Source: a virus
Taxonomy: Duplodnaviria; Heunggongvirae; Uroviricota; Caudoviricetes
Virus record (IMG/VR): IMGVR_UViG_2698536369_000007
Location: 1-6,779 of that record
Reading direction: 5' to 3' (one strand)
DNA: 6,779 bases
Shown here: positions 1 to 6,579 of the stretch, one piece after another
Numbering within the stretch: the stretch's first letter is position 1
How the letters are laid out: each line of letters opens with the position of its first letter
Position numbers and translations under genes: made by a program
Notes under the pieces: generated by a model
What the model was told of the DNA's origin: nothing
Seen by the model: the letters and a program-made list of their open reading frames with translations, nothing else
The model's database searches: none

Positions 1-110
1 GTACTTAGGATAGCCAACCATCAGATGCTGCATTTGCATAGTGCAATCTCCCCTTACTTATCCGGAGGCAATTGCAATATCTCTGTGAACTTACACAGGA
101 GAAGCAGGTT

Positions 111-266
111 ATGAAGCAGCAAAAGGCGATGTTAATCGCCCTGATCGTCATCTGTTTAACCGTCATAGTGACGGCACTGGTAACGAGGAAAGACCTCTGC
201 GAGGTACGAATCCGAACCGGCCAGACGGAGGTCGCTGTCTTCACAGCTTACGAACCTGAGGAGTAA
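111..266 (+). CDS. hokD: Hok/Gef-family type I toxin, 51 aa (HokD/RelF-like)
   Basis: ATG at 111 preceded by GGAG (98-101). Product MKQQKAMLIALIVICLTVIVTALVTRKDLCEVRIRTGQTEVAVFTAYEPEE has one N-terminal TM helix and the conserved Cys-containing tail of Hok proteins. ORF-track ORF 72..266 is the same frame with an upstream extension. Stop TAA 264-266. Confidence 0.85.
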   Translation: MKQQKAMLIALIVICLTVIVTALVTRKDLCEVRIRTGQTEVAVFTAYEPEE

Positions 267-334
267 GAGACCAGGCGGGGGAGAAATCCCTCGCCACCGC
301 TGATGTGTCAGGCATCCTCAACGCACCCGCACTT

Positions 335-361
335 AACCCGCTTCGGCGGGTTTTGTTTTTT
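335..361 (+). terminator. Rho-independent terminator downstream of hok (5-bp GC stem with UUCG tetraloop, then T-run)
   Basis: ccCGC(337-341) ttcg GCGgg(346-350), flanked by A335-A336 and T351-T352, followed by TTTTgTTTTTT (351-361). Confidence 0.7.
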
Positions 362-433
362 CTGGTCGTTCTGGTTTACAATCCATCCGTCAGCCTGAAC
401 AACTGGCACCTGCTGCGCCAGCAGAGAAAACAG

Positions 434-712
434 ATGGCGCACGATACCAAATTTTACAATTCGGATAACTCTGCCGCCCCTGCCAGCAGGCACGGGCGGC
501 GTTCTCATGCATTCAAATCTGACTGGTATCAGCACGACCCCTGCACCGAAGAACAGGCTGAATGGCTGATTCAGTGTTACCGCAGGCGCGGATACGAGGT
601 TAAGAAAGCCCTCAGTCTCGATTATCGTCACTGGATAATCTCCGTCAGGCTTCCTTACTCCGAACGCCCACCGCGTCCGTCCCGCACATTCCAGCAACGC
701 ATCTGGAGGTAA
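434..712 (+). CDS. small hypothetical protein, 92 aa from ATG 434 (alternative in-frame ATG at 305 would overlap the hok terminator)
   Basis: Open frame ending TAA 710-712, which sits 1 nt before the GTG start of the next gene with a GGAGG SD (705-709) inside its last codons, implying translational coupling. Occupies the position of rem in the Qin prophage hokD-rem-ydfU order, but I cannot confirm identity. No recognisable motif. Confidence 0.45.
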   Translation: MAHDTKFYNSDNSAAPASRHGRRSHAFKSDWYQHDPCTEEQAEWLIQCYRRRGYEVKKALSLDYRHWIISVRLPYSERPPRPSRTFQQRIWR

Positions 713-713
713 C

Positions 714-1763
714 GTGCGGGTATTACTTCGACCTGTTCTGGTACCGGAACTCGGGCTGGTGATCGTTAAGCCGGGCCGTGAATCCATGCCGGTATTCCAC
801 AATACCCGGGTACTGGTGGAGCCGGAACCGAAAAGCATGCGTAATCTGCCGTCCGGGGTCGTTCCTGCCGTTCGCCAGCCGCTGGCGGAGGATAAATCAT
901 TACTGCCATTTTTCAGCGACGAACGAGTGATTCGTGCTGCTGGTGGCGCTGGCGCATTGTCTGACTGGTTACTGCGCCATGTTAAATCCTGCCAGTGGCC
1001 ACACGGCGATTATCACCACAGTGAAACCGTCATTCACCGTTATGGTACCGGCGCAATGGTGTTGTGCTGGCACTGCGACAACCAGTTGCGTGACCAGACC
1101 TCCGAATCACTTGAGCAACTTGCTCACCAAAACTTGTCAGCATGGATGATTGACGTCATTCGTCACGCAATGAATGGCACACAGGAGCGTGAATTATCGC
1201 TGGCTGAATTATCCTGGTGGGCGGCCTGCAATCAGGTGGTGGATGCACTACCTGAGGCAGTAGCGCGTCGTTCGCTGGGATTACCAGCGGAAAAAATCCG
1301 CTCCGTATACCGTGAGAGTGACATCGTACCGGGAGAACAGACAGCCATCAGCATACTGAAGCAGCGCACAAAAAATATTGCGCTGCCACTTCACGTCCAC
1401 CAGCAACAAAATCCACCACAGAAAAAAACGGTTGTCAGTATCGCCGTTGATCCGGAGTCTCCTGAATCGTTCATGAGGCGGCCTAAACGTTGCCGTTGGG
1501 TTAATGAGAAATACACGCGCTGGGTAAAGACACAGCCGTGTGCGTGTTGTGGTAAGCCTGCTGACGATCCGCATCACCTGATTGGTCATGGTCAGGGGGG
1601 AATGGGGACAAAGGCCCACGATATTTTCACGCTACCGTTGTGCCGGGAGCACCACAACGAACTTCATGCAGACCCGCTGGAGTTTGAGAAAAAGTACGGC
1701 TCTCAGATTGAGTTAATTTTTCGTTTTCTTGATCACGCCTTTGCGACTGGCGTGCTCGGGTAA
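714..1763 (+). CDS. ydfU: DUF968-family protein (YdfU-like) with C-terminal HNH-like Cys/His cluster, 349 aa
   Basis: GTG 714 with GGAGG at 705-709 (5-nt spacing). C-terminal motif CACCGKPADDPHHLIGHGQGG...LPLCREHHNELH is a zinc-binding/HNH-like signature. Length and position match the nin-region DUF968 protein of lambdoid prophages. Stop TAA 1761-1763. Confidence 0.7.
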   Translation: MRVLLRPVLVPELGLVIVKPGRESMPVFHNTRVLVEPEPKSMRNLPSGVVPAVRQPLAEDKSLLPFFSDERVIRAAGGAGALSDWLLRHVKSCQWPHGDYHHSETVIHRYGTGAMVLCWHCDNQLRDQTSESLEQLAHQNLSAWMIDVIRHAMNGTQERELSLAELSWWAACNQVVDALPEAVARRSLGLPAEKIRSVYRESDIVPGEQTAISILKQRTKNIALPLHVHQQQNPPQKKTVVSIAVDPESPESFMRRPKRCRWVNEKYTRWVKTQPCACCGKPADDPHHLIGHGQGGMGTKAHDIFTLPLCREHHNELHADPLEFEKKYGSQIELIFRFLDHAFATGVLG

Positions 1764-1775
1764 AAGAGGTGACTG

Positions 1776-2135
1776 ATGCTCATAGATTTGGTTTTACCTT
1801 ACCCGCCGACGGTGAACACCTACTGGCGACGTCGTGGCAGCACATATTTTGTATCAAAAGCCGGTGAGCGTTATCGCCGGGCTGTGGCGCTTATTGTTCG
1901 CCAGCAGCGGCTGAAATTAAGCCTGTCCGGAAGGCTGGCGATAAAGATTATTGCCGAGCCACCGGATAAGCGCCGCCGTGACCTGGACAATATTCTGAAA
2001 GCGCCGCTGGATGCGCTGACGCATGCGGGGTTGCTAATGGACGATGAGCAGTTTGATGAAATCAATATTGTGCGCGGTCAGCTCGTTCCTGGTGAGCGGC
2101 TGGGGATAAAAATCACAGAACTGGAGTGCGCATGA
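1776..2135 (+). CDS. rusA: RusA-family Holliday junction resolvase, 119 aa
   Basis: ATG 1776 with AAGAGGTG SD (1763-1770). Product shares the RusA blocks LPYPPTVNTYW / PDKRRRDLDNILKAPLDALTHAGLLMDDEQ / LGIKITEL with E. coli RusA ([30 protein letters not shown]). Stop TGA 2133-2135. Confidence 0.9.
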   Translation: MLIDLVLPYPPTVNTYWRRRGSTYFVSKAGERYRRAVALIVRQQRLKLSLSGRLAIKIIAEPPDKRRRDLDNILKAPLDALTHAGLLMDDEQFDEINIVRGQLVPGERLGIKITELECA

Positions 2136-2821
2136 ATAACCACTATTTACAGTTTGTGCGTGAGCTGCTCATTATCGCTACCGCCGATTTGATTGGGGCA
2201 ACAAAAGGTCAGCTTGAAGCCTGGCAGGAGAATGCCATGTTCGATACAGGGCGTTACAGGCGAAAAAAAATCCGGTACCGCGATGAAGTGACTGGAAAAA
2301 TGATAACGCGGGATAATCCACCAATCCCGGGAAAGCAATCGCTGGCGAAGGTGACGTCAATTCCTCTGGTCAGTCCGATTGAGTTTTCGACATCATCGTG
2401 GCGGCGGGCTGTTCTGTCTCTTGAAGAACATCATAAAGCCTGGTTGTTGTGGTGTTACAGCGGGAGTATTTGTTGGGAATATCAGATCGCGATAACACAG
2501 TGGGCGTGGAATGAATTTAATACTCAATCCGGTACCAGAAAAATTGCAGGGAAAACGCAGGAACGCCTGAAAAAATTAATCTGGCTGGCGGCGCAGGCAG
2601 TAAAAGCAGAACTTTTTGGTGGGGAAGGTTATGAATACAAGGAGCTGGCATTACTGGTGGGAGTGACAACTAAAAACTGGTCCAAAACATTTACTCGTCA
2701 CTGGGTTGCAATGAAACACATTTTTCACCGACTGGATAGTGAGGCTTTATTGTTTGTAATGAGAACGCGTTCAAAACAAAAGGCGGCATTTTCAAAGCAA
2801 AGTGTTGCAAAAGTAGATTGA
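2132..2821 (+). CDS. putative late-gene antiterminator Q (Qin QuuQ / phage 82-type family), 229 aa
   Basis: ATG 2132 overlaps the rusA stop in an ATGA arrangement, with GGAG at 2123-2126 (ORF track gives a GTG start at 2126). Call rests mainly on synteny: immediately after rusA and immediately before a consensus-like promoter and short-transcript terminator. No motif verified by eye. Stop TGA 2819-2821. Confidence 0.6.
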   Translation: MNNHYLQFVRELLIIATADLIGATKGQLEAWQENAMFDTGRYRRKKIRYRDEVTGKMITRDNPPIPGKQSLAKVTSIPLVSPIEFSTSSWRRAVLSLEEHHKAWLLWCYSGSICWEYQIAITQWAWNEFNTQSGTRKIAGKTQERLKKLIWLAAQAVKAELFGGEGYEYKELALLVGVTTKNWSKTFTRHWVAMKHIFHRLDSEALLFVMRTRSKQKAAFSKQSVAKVD

Positions 2822-2833
2822 AAGGCATATATT
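2805..2833 (+). promoter_or_regulatory. sigma70 promoter, candidate late promoter pR' (Q engagement site expected just downstream)
   Basis: -35 TTGCAA (2805-2810), 17-bp spacer, -10 TATATT (2828-2833). The -35 lies in the last codons of Q and the -10 just after its stop. Predicted start near 2840, about 50-70 nt before the terminator at 2885-2913. Confidence 0.5.
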
Positions 2834-2884
2834 TCATGCAAATCTGATATTTTGCCGATTTTGTACGTGATGGCAAAAGCAAAC

Positions 2885-2913
2885 AAAACCCGCCCACAAG
2901 CGGGTTTTTTTGT
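2885..2913 (+). terminator. Rho-independent terminator (tR'-like, ends the short pR' transcript)
   Basis: aaaACCCGC(2888-2893) ccacaa GCGGGT(2900-2905) followed by TTTTTTT (2905-2911). Confidence 0.75.
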
Positions 2914-2993
2914 GCCACTTATCTCGGATAGACATGGTGAATGCGCTGGTGGAGGAAGCAAGGGTAATTTTTAACCAGGTGATTCTTGAATGC

Positions 2994-3022
2994 TTGCAAC
3001 ATTGATTTCGTAACGTTATTAT
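2994..3022 (+). promoter_or_regulatory. sigma70 promoter for the tRNA cluster
   Basis: -35 TTGCAA (2994-2999), 17-bp spacer, -10 TATTAT (3017-3022), then a GC-rich discriminator CCTGCGCC. First tRNA 5' end is at 3032. Confidence 0.5.
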
Positions 3023-3031
3023 CCTGCGCCC

Positions 3032-3107
3032 GGCCCTTTAGCTCAGTGGTGAGAGCGAGCGACTCATAATCGCCAGGCCGCTGGTTCAAATCCAGCAAGG
3101 GCCACCA
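3032..3107 (+). tRNA. ileZ: tRNA, anticodon CAT (Ile2-type that reads AUA after lysidine modification, or Met); ileZ-like phage tRNA
   Basis: 76 nt cloverleaf folded by hand: acceptor GGCCCTT/AAGGGCC, D-arm GCTCAGTGGTGAGAGC, anticodon loop CTCATAA (CAT at 3065-3067), T-arm GCTGG TTCAAAT CCAGC, discriminator A, encoded CCA. Close to my recollection of E. coli ileX. Confidence 0.85.
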
Positions 3108-3114
3108 TCACATA

Positions 3115-3191
3115 CCGCCATTAGCTCATCGGGATAGAACGCCAGCCTTCGAAGCTGGTTTCGCGGGGTTCGAGTCTCCGATGGCGGTCCA
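3115..3191 (+). tRNA. tRNA-Arg, anticodon TCG (reads CGA)
   Basis: 77 nt: acceptor CCGCCAT/ATGGCGG, anticodon stem CCAGC/GCTGG, loop CTTCGAA (TCG at 3149-3151), T-arm CGGGG TTCGAGT CTCCG, encoded CCA. One C:A mismatch in the D-stem. Confidence 0.75.
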
Positions 3192-3204
3192 TTATCGGTA
3201 TTCT

Positions 3205-3281
3205 GCGTTTTTAGCTCAGCCGGACAGAGCAATTGCCTTCTAAGCAATCGGTCACTGGTTCGAACCCAGTACAACGCACCA
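3205..3281 (+). tRNA. tRNA-Arg, anticodon TCT (reads AGA)
   Basis: 77 nt: D-arm GCTCAGCCGGACAGAGC, anticodon stem ATTGC/GCAAT, loop CTTCTAA (TCT at 3239-3241), T-arm ACTGG TTCGAAC CCAGT, encoded CCA. One T:C mismatch in the acceptor stem (3210:3272). Confidence 0.75.
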
Positions 3282-3450
3282 CACTTATTTTCCCTCGCTC
3301 GCTTTTGCGGACCTTTTTTGTATCCGCACCACGCCCGGCGCATACCAACCACAGAGCCTTTCGGGGGGAGCTTATGGAGTGGTCAGTGTGACTTTCTCTG
3401 TGGGCAGATCGCTCCCGGGCGTTGGCTCACCCACCCAAAGGAACGTCACG

Positions 3451-3883
3451 ATGTTTGGTATTTTTGGTAAAAAAAGCCCGCAGAGCGGCAACGGAAATTA
3501 AAAAGTTTGAAAAACGCGATCTGGCACAGGTGGTGATTAACGCCGCATACCTGGTGGCCTGTGCAGATGGTGAATGTGAGGCTTCCTAGAAAGCGAAGAT
3601 CGAACAGGTACTGCGTAATCAGCCTGCGCTGTACGCGTTTACGTCAGAAATTAATGCGATTAGCGCAACCATTATCGGTCAGCTGGATACGAACTTTAAA
3701 ACTGGTCGTCGTGCGGCGTTACGTGAGATCGAGGATGTGAAACACGATACGCGTGAAGCGGAAGATGTGCTGGATGTGGCGGTGGCCATTGCGGAGGCAG
3801 ACGGCGAAATTGAGCCGGAAGAGCGCAAGGTGCTGGAAGAGATTGCCGGTGTTCTGGGTCTTCGTCTGGAGAATTACCTGTGA
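3451..3883 (+). pseudogene. TerB-family (tellurite-resistance TerB-like) gene disrupted by a frameshift in an A7 tract and an in-frame TAG
   Basis: ATG 3451 with AAAGGA SD (3437-3442) gives MFGIFGKK then runs into a TAA at 3499. The +1-shifted frame from the A7 run (3469-3475) reads ARRAATEIKKFEKRDLAQVVINAAYLVACADGECEAS, hits TAG at 3587-3589, then continues KAKIEQVLRNQ...VLDVAVAIAEADGEIEPEERKVLEEIAGVLGLRLENYL to TGA 3881-3883. The two [AV]xxxAxADG...E blocks are the TerB-domain signature. The ORF track shows no intact + ORF here. Confidence 0.6.
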
Positions 3884-4047
3884 CGGTAAAACTGCGCCTG
3901 ACTGTGGCTGCACTCCTGCTGTTTCTGGTGGTGATGGTGGATTTCACCAGCAGAATCATGTCGGTGCTGGCGGATGGGGTGCTGGTCTGCGGCATTATGG
4001 TATTGCTGTGGCCGGTGATAAAAAGAAACAGCCTGCATAATGCTTGA
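3880..4047 (+). CDS. possible small hydrophobic (two-TM) membrane protein, about 55 aa from GTG 3880 (37 aa if ATG 3934)
   Basis: GTG overlaps the TerB stop (GTGA) with GGAG at 3868-3871. Product VTVKLRLTVAALLLFLVVMVDFTSRIMSVLADGVLVCGIMVLLWPVIKRNSLHNA is strongly hydrophobic. Stop TGA 4045-4047. Below the ORF-track size cut-off; no homology recognised. Confidence 0.25.
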   Translation: MTVKLRLTVAALLLFLVVMVDFTSRIMSVLADGVLVCGIMVLLWPVIKRNSLHNA

Positions 4048-4248
4048 TTTTTTTGTTTGCTGTTTATTAAAAACACTTCTGCATGGTGAATCCCCCTGTG
4101 CGGTGGGGCAATCAGCAAGAAGGAATATGGGGTAATCGCGGATTCAGGTGCTGATACTGAATTCACCGGGAGGCACCCGGCACCATGCTTTGCCACAAAA
4201 GTGTTATTTCTGTTTTTCTCAAACTATCATCGTTATCCCTTTATTTTC

Positions 4249-4275
4249 GGCTGCGCATGGCGCGGCCTTTTTTTT
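4249..4275 (+). terminator. Rho-independent terminator upstream of the esterase gene
   Basis: GGCTGCGC(4249-4256) atg GCGCGGCC(4260-4267), 8-bp stem with one G:U, followed by TTTTTTTT (4268-4275). Confidence 0.65.
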
Positions 4276-4361
4276 ACGACCAGCCACTGGCAGATGGTCA
4301 TCCTGTGATTTGATTCCGCTTCCGGCTTTTTAACTCTGTTCCTCTACACGGGAGAAATTCG

Positions 4362-6212
4362 ATGTCGATTAAACATTATGATGTTGTCAGGGCGGCGTCG
4401 CCGTCAGACCTTGCGGAAAAGCTGACACACAAACTGAAAGAGGGCTGGCAGCCATACGGCGGACCGGTTGCCATTACGCCGTACACACTGATGCAGGCGG
4501 TGGCTATTGAAGGAGAGCCACAGGTCGGCCCTTCATCTGAGCCGGATTGGTACTACGTCATCGTACTGGCCGGGCAGTCCAATGCTATGGCTTACGGTGA
4601 AGGGCTTCCGCTGCCGGATTCATACGATGCTCCGGATCCGCGCATTAAACAGCTGGCGCGCCGCAGTACAGTGACGCCGGGCGGGGCTGCCTGCAGATAT
4701 AACGATATTATTCCGGCTGACCACTGTCTGCATGATGTGCAGGATATGAGTACGCTGAATCATCCGAGGGCTGACCTGAGCAAAGGGCAGTACGGCTGTG
4801 TCGGCCAGGGTTTACATATTGCCAAAAAACTGCTCCCGTATATCCCGAATAACGCGGGGATCCTGCTGGTACCATGCTGTCGTGGTGGTTCGGCATTTAC
4901 CCAGGGCGCGGAGGGGACATTCAGCGAGTCCACGGGGGCCAGTCAGGATTCGGCACGCTGGGGGGTGGGCAAGCCGTTATATCAGGATCTGATTTCCCGC
5001 ACAAAAGCGGCATTGCAGAAAAATCCCAAAAACGTTCTGCTGGCCGTCTGCTGGATGCAGGGTGAGTTTGACATGAGCGCCGCCACCCACGCACAGCAAC
5101 CTGCGCTGTTTACAGCCATGCTGACACAGTTTCGTGCTGACCTCTCCGTGTTTAACGCGCAGTGCCATGGTGGCAGCGCTGCAGATGTGCCGTGGGTTTG
5201 TGGTGACACGACGTATTACTGGAAAAATACATACGCTACCCAATACGACACCGTGTACGGCGGGTATAAAAACAGGGAGAGTGAGGGCGTTTATTTTGTG
5301 CCCTTCATGACAGACGGTAACGGCGTCAATACCGCCACTAACGCGCCGGCAGAAGATCCGGATATTCCGGCATCAGGATATTACGGTGCGGCATCGAGAA
5401 CGAATGGAAACCAGGTATCATCAAACCGCCCGACACATTTCAGTTCATGGGCGCGCAGGAGCATTATTCCGGATCGTCTGGCAACCGCTATTCTGAACGC
5501 AGCCGGGCGCACCTCAGCCTTCATCAGTGGTAAGGCACCGGAAATCAAACCCTCGCCCGGCGGCAACACGCCATCGGGTCCGTCTGCAGATACGTCCGTT
5601 CGCACAATCTCCCTGCTGCCGGCAGCCGGAGAGGCTGCTGCGCAGGGCTGGAGCATTAAGGATGGCGGAATTCAGTTGTCAGATGGTGTATTTAAGATCA
5701 CCAAGCAGAGCAATAAAACCTGGTCCCTGACGCATCCGGTGGATGACGCAATTACCCTGCTGACACAGGGCGGCAGACTGACCTGTAAGTTCCGCCTGTC
5801 AGGCGCACTGACCAACAATCAGTTCGGGCTGGGGATTTATCTGTATACGGATGCTCCCGTTCCTGATGGTGTGGCGATGACGGGTACCGGTAATCCGTTC
5901 CTGATGTCGTACTTCACTCAGACCACTGACGGCAGAGTGAATCTGATGCATCACAGGAAAGCCGGAAACACGAAGCTGGGGGAGTTCGGCGATTACGGTA
6001 ACGACTGGCAGACGCTGGAGCTGGTGTTCACCGCCGGCAGTGCCACGGTTACTCCGAAACTGAATGGAGTGGCTGGCCCGGCATTCCAGGTTATAAAAGA
6101 CGGTCTGACACTGGGACTGAATGCGCTGACGCTGACGGATGTTACAAAAAATGCAGCGTATGGCGTTGAGATAGAAAGTCTGGTGCTGGAGATAAATGCA
6201 CCGGCAGCATAA
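4362..6212 (+). CDS. nanS: prophage DUF1737 + SGNH/SASA-family esterase (NanS-p-like 9-O-acetyl sialate esterase), 616 aa
   Basis: ATG 4362 with GGAG at 4351-4354. N-terminal MSIKHYDVVRAASPSDLAEKL...GWQPYGG matches the DUF1737 start. VIVLAGQSNAMAYGEG carries the GQSN catalytic-serine motif (nt 4572-4583) of sialate O-acetylesterases. Size and position (after the tRNA trio and cargo slot, before the lysis region) match nanS-p of Stx-type phages. Stops TAA TAA 6210-6215. Confidence 0.8.
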   Translation: MSIKHYDVVRAASPSDLAEKLTHKLKEGWQPYGGPVAITPYTLMQAVAIEGEPQVGPSSEPDWYYVIVLAGQSNAMAYGEGLPLPDSYDAPDPRIKQLARRSTVTPGGAACRYNDIIPADHCLHDVQDMSTLNHPRADLSKGQYGCVGQGLHIAKKLLPYIPNNAGILLVPCCRGGSAFTQGAEGTFSESTGASQDSARWGVGKPLYQDLISRTKAALQKNPKNVLLAVCWMQGEFDMSAATHAQQPALFTAMLTQFRADLSVFNAQCHGGSAADVPWVCGDTTYYWKNTYATQYDTVYGGYKNRESEGVYFVPFMTDGNGVNTATNAPAEDPDIPASGYYGAASRTNGNQVSSNRPTHFSSWARRSIIPDRLATAILNAAGRTSAFISGKAPEIKPSPGGNTPSGPSADTSVRTISLLPAAGEAAAQGWSIKDGGIQLSDGVFKITKQSNKTWSLTHPVDDAITLLTQGGRLTCKFRLSGALTNNQFGLGIYLYTDAPVPDGVAMTGTGNPFLMSYFTQTTDGRVNLMHHRKAGNTKLGEFGDYGNDWQTLELVFTAGSATVTPKLNGVAGPAFQVIKDGLTLGLNALTLTDVTKNAAYGVEIESLVLEINAPAA

Positions 6213-6213
6213 T

Positions 6214-6521
6214 AAAAAAAGAGCCAGCGACTGACCTGAAAGAAGACGCTGGCTAAAAGGCCTTATATGTTTGTAGAGACTTATTTTTCACAGACAGCAA
6301 TGATGCCTGTCAATATATTATCAATATGCGGATTGTTTCAGTTACAGATGCTTTATTAAGGAAAAAAACAGCCAGCACTGACTTTCGGTGGAGAGGTGCT
6401 GGCTCAGAAGGATAGTTGGATTTCACATGATACTTATGCCTGGCGGTATATTTTCTGACAGACAGTGACGGGTGTTGTCAAGATATTGTGTCATTTATAA
6501 CCTGAATCAGGGGAGGCCGGA
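6214..6521. repeat. two diverged tandem repeat units (about 6214-6360 and 6362-6521), each starting with an A7 run and an 8-9 bp inverted repeat (AGCCAGCG/CGCTGGCT; AGCCAGCAC/GTGCTGGCT)
   Basis: Unit 1: A-run 6214-6220, hairpin 6222-6254, then ...TTATTTTTCACAGACAGCAATGATGCCTGTCAATATATT. Unit 2: A-run 6362-6368, hairpin 6370-6404, then ...TATATTTTCTGACAGACAGTGACGGGTGTTGTCAAGATATT. Stems are conserved with a compensatory G:C to A:T change while the loops differ. On the - strand each hairpin is followed by T7, so they look like intrinsic terminators for minus-strand transcription. Confidence 0.55.
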
Positions 6522-6579
6522 ATGTTATCTGGCATTTTTAGCAGAGCCTGAATGCCATAATCACGGCTCCCGGAGTTGG

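Noticed and set aside
1-114. Possible mok-like reading frame or C-terminus of an upstream gene ending at the ATGA overlap with hok
   Set aside because: It is open to the window edge, so it cannot be delimited. The translation shows no recognisable family and does not match RelE as I recall it. Noted in the findings but not called as a feature.
305-433. Upstream ATG at 305 as the start of the small ORF (135-aa version)
   Set aside because: That start lies before the hok terminator (335-361), so a 305 start would put the terminator inside the coding region. ATG 434 is preferred but remains uncertain.
308-838. Minus-strand ORF of 176 aa overlapping the small + ORF and the start of the DUF968 gene
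   Set aside because: It lies antisense to + strand genes that have SD signals and stop/start coupling, and its product is low-complexity (S/T/G/R-rich). Likely a spurious shadow ORF.
934-2065. Nested ORFs inside the DUF968 and rusA genes (934..1149 +, 1281..1619 -, 1871..2065 -)
   Set aside because: They are entirely contained within better-supported genes and are in alternative frames or antisense, with no independent signals.
3307-3327. Hairpin GCGGA...TCCGC after the third tRNA as a terminator
   Set aside because: The T-run lies in the 11-nt loop rather than after the stem, so it is not a canonical intrinsic terminator.
3696-4196. Minus-strand ORF of 166 aa, and the + ORF 3753..4040 of 95 aa
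   Set aside because: Both overlap the TerB-like reading frame in other frames and give P/S/H/R/W-rich products without start signals. They are artefacts of the GC-rich TerB region.
4148-4333. ORF of 61 aa upstream of the esterase
   Set aside because: It reads straight through the 4249-4275 terminator hairpin and T-run and has no SD.
3282-4361. Looked for Shiga toxin stxA/stxB ORFs in the slot between the tRNA trio and the esterase
   Set aside because: The slot is only about 1.07 kb, has no A-subunit-sized ORF, and the coding content translates to a TerB-like protein.
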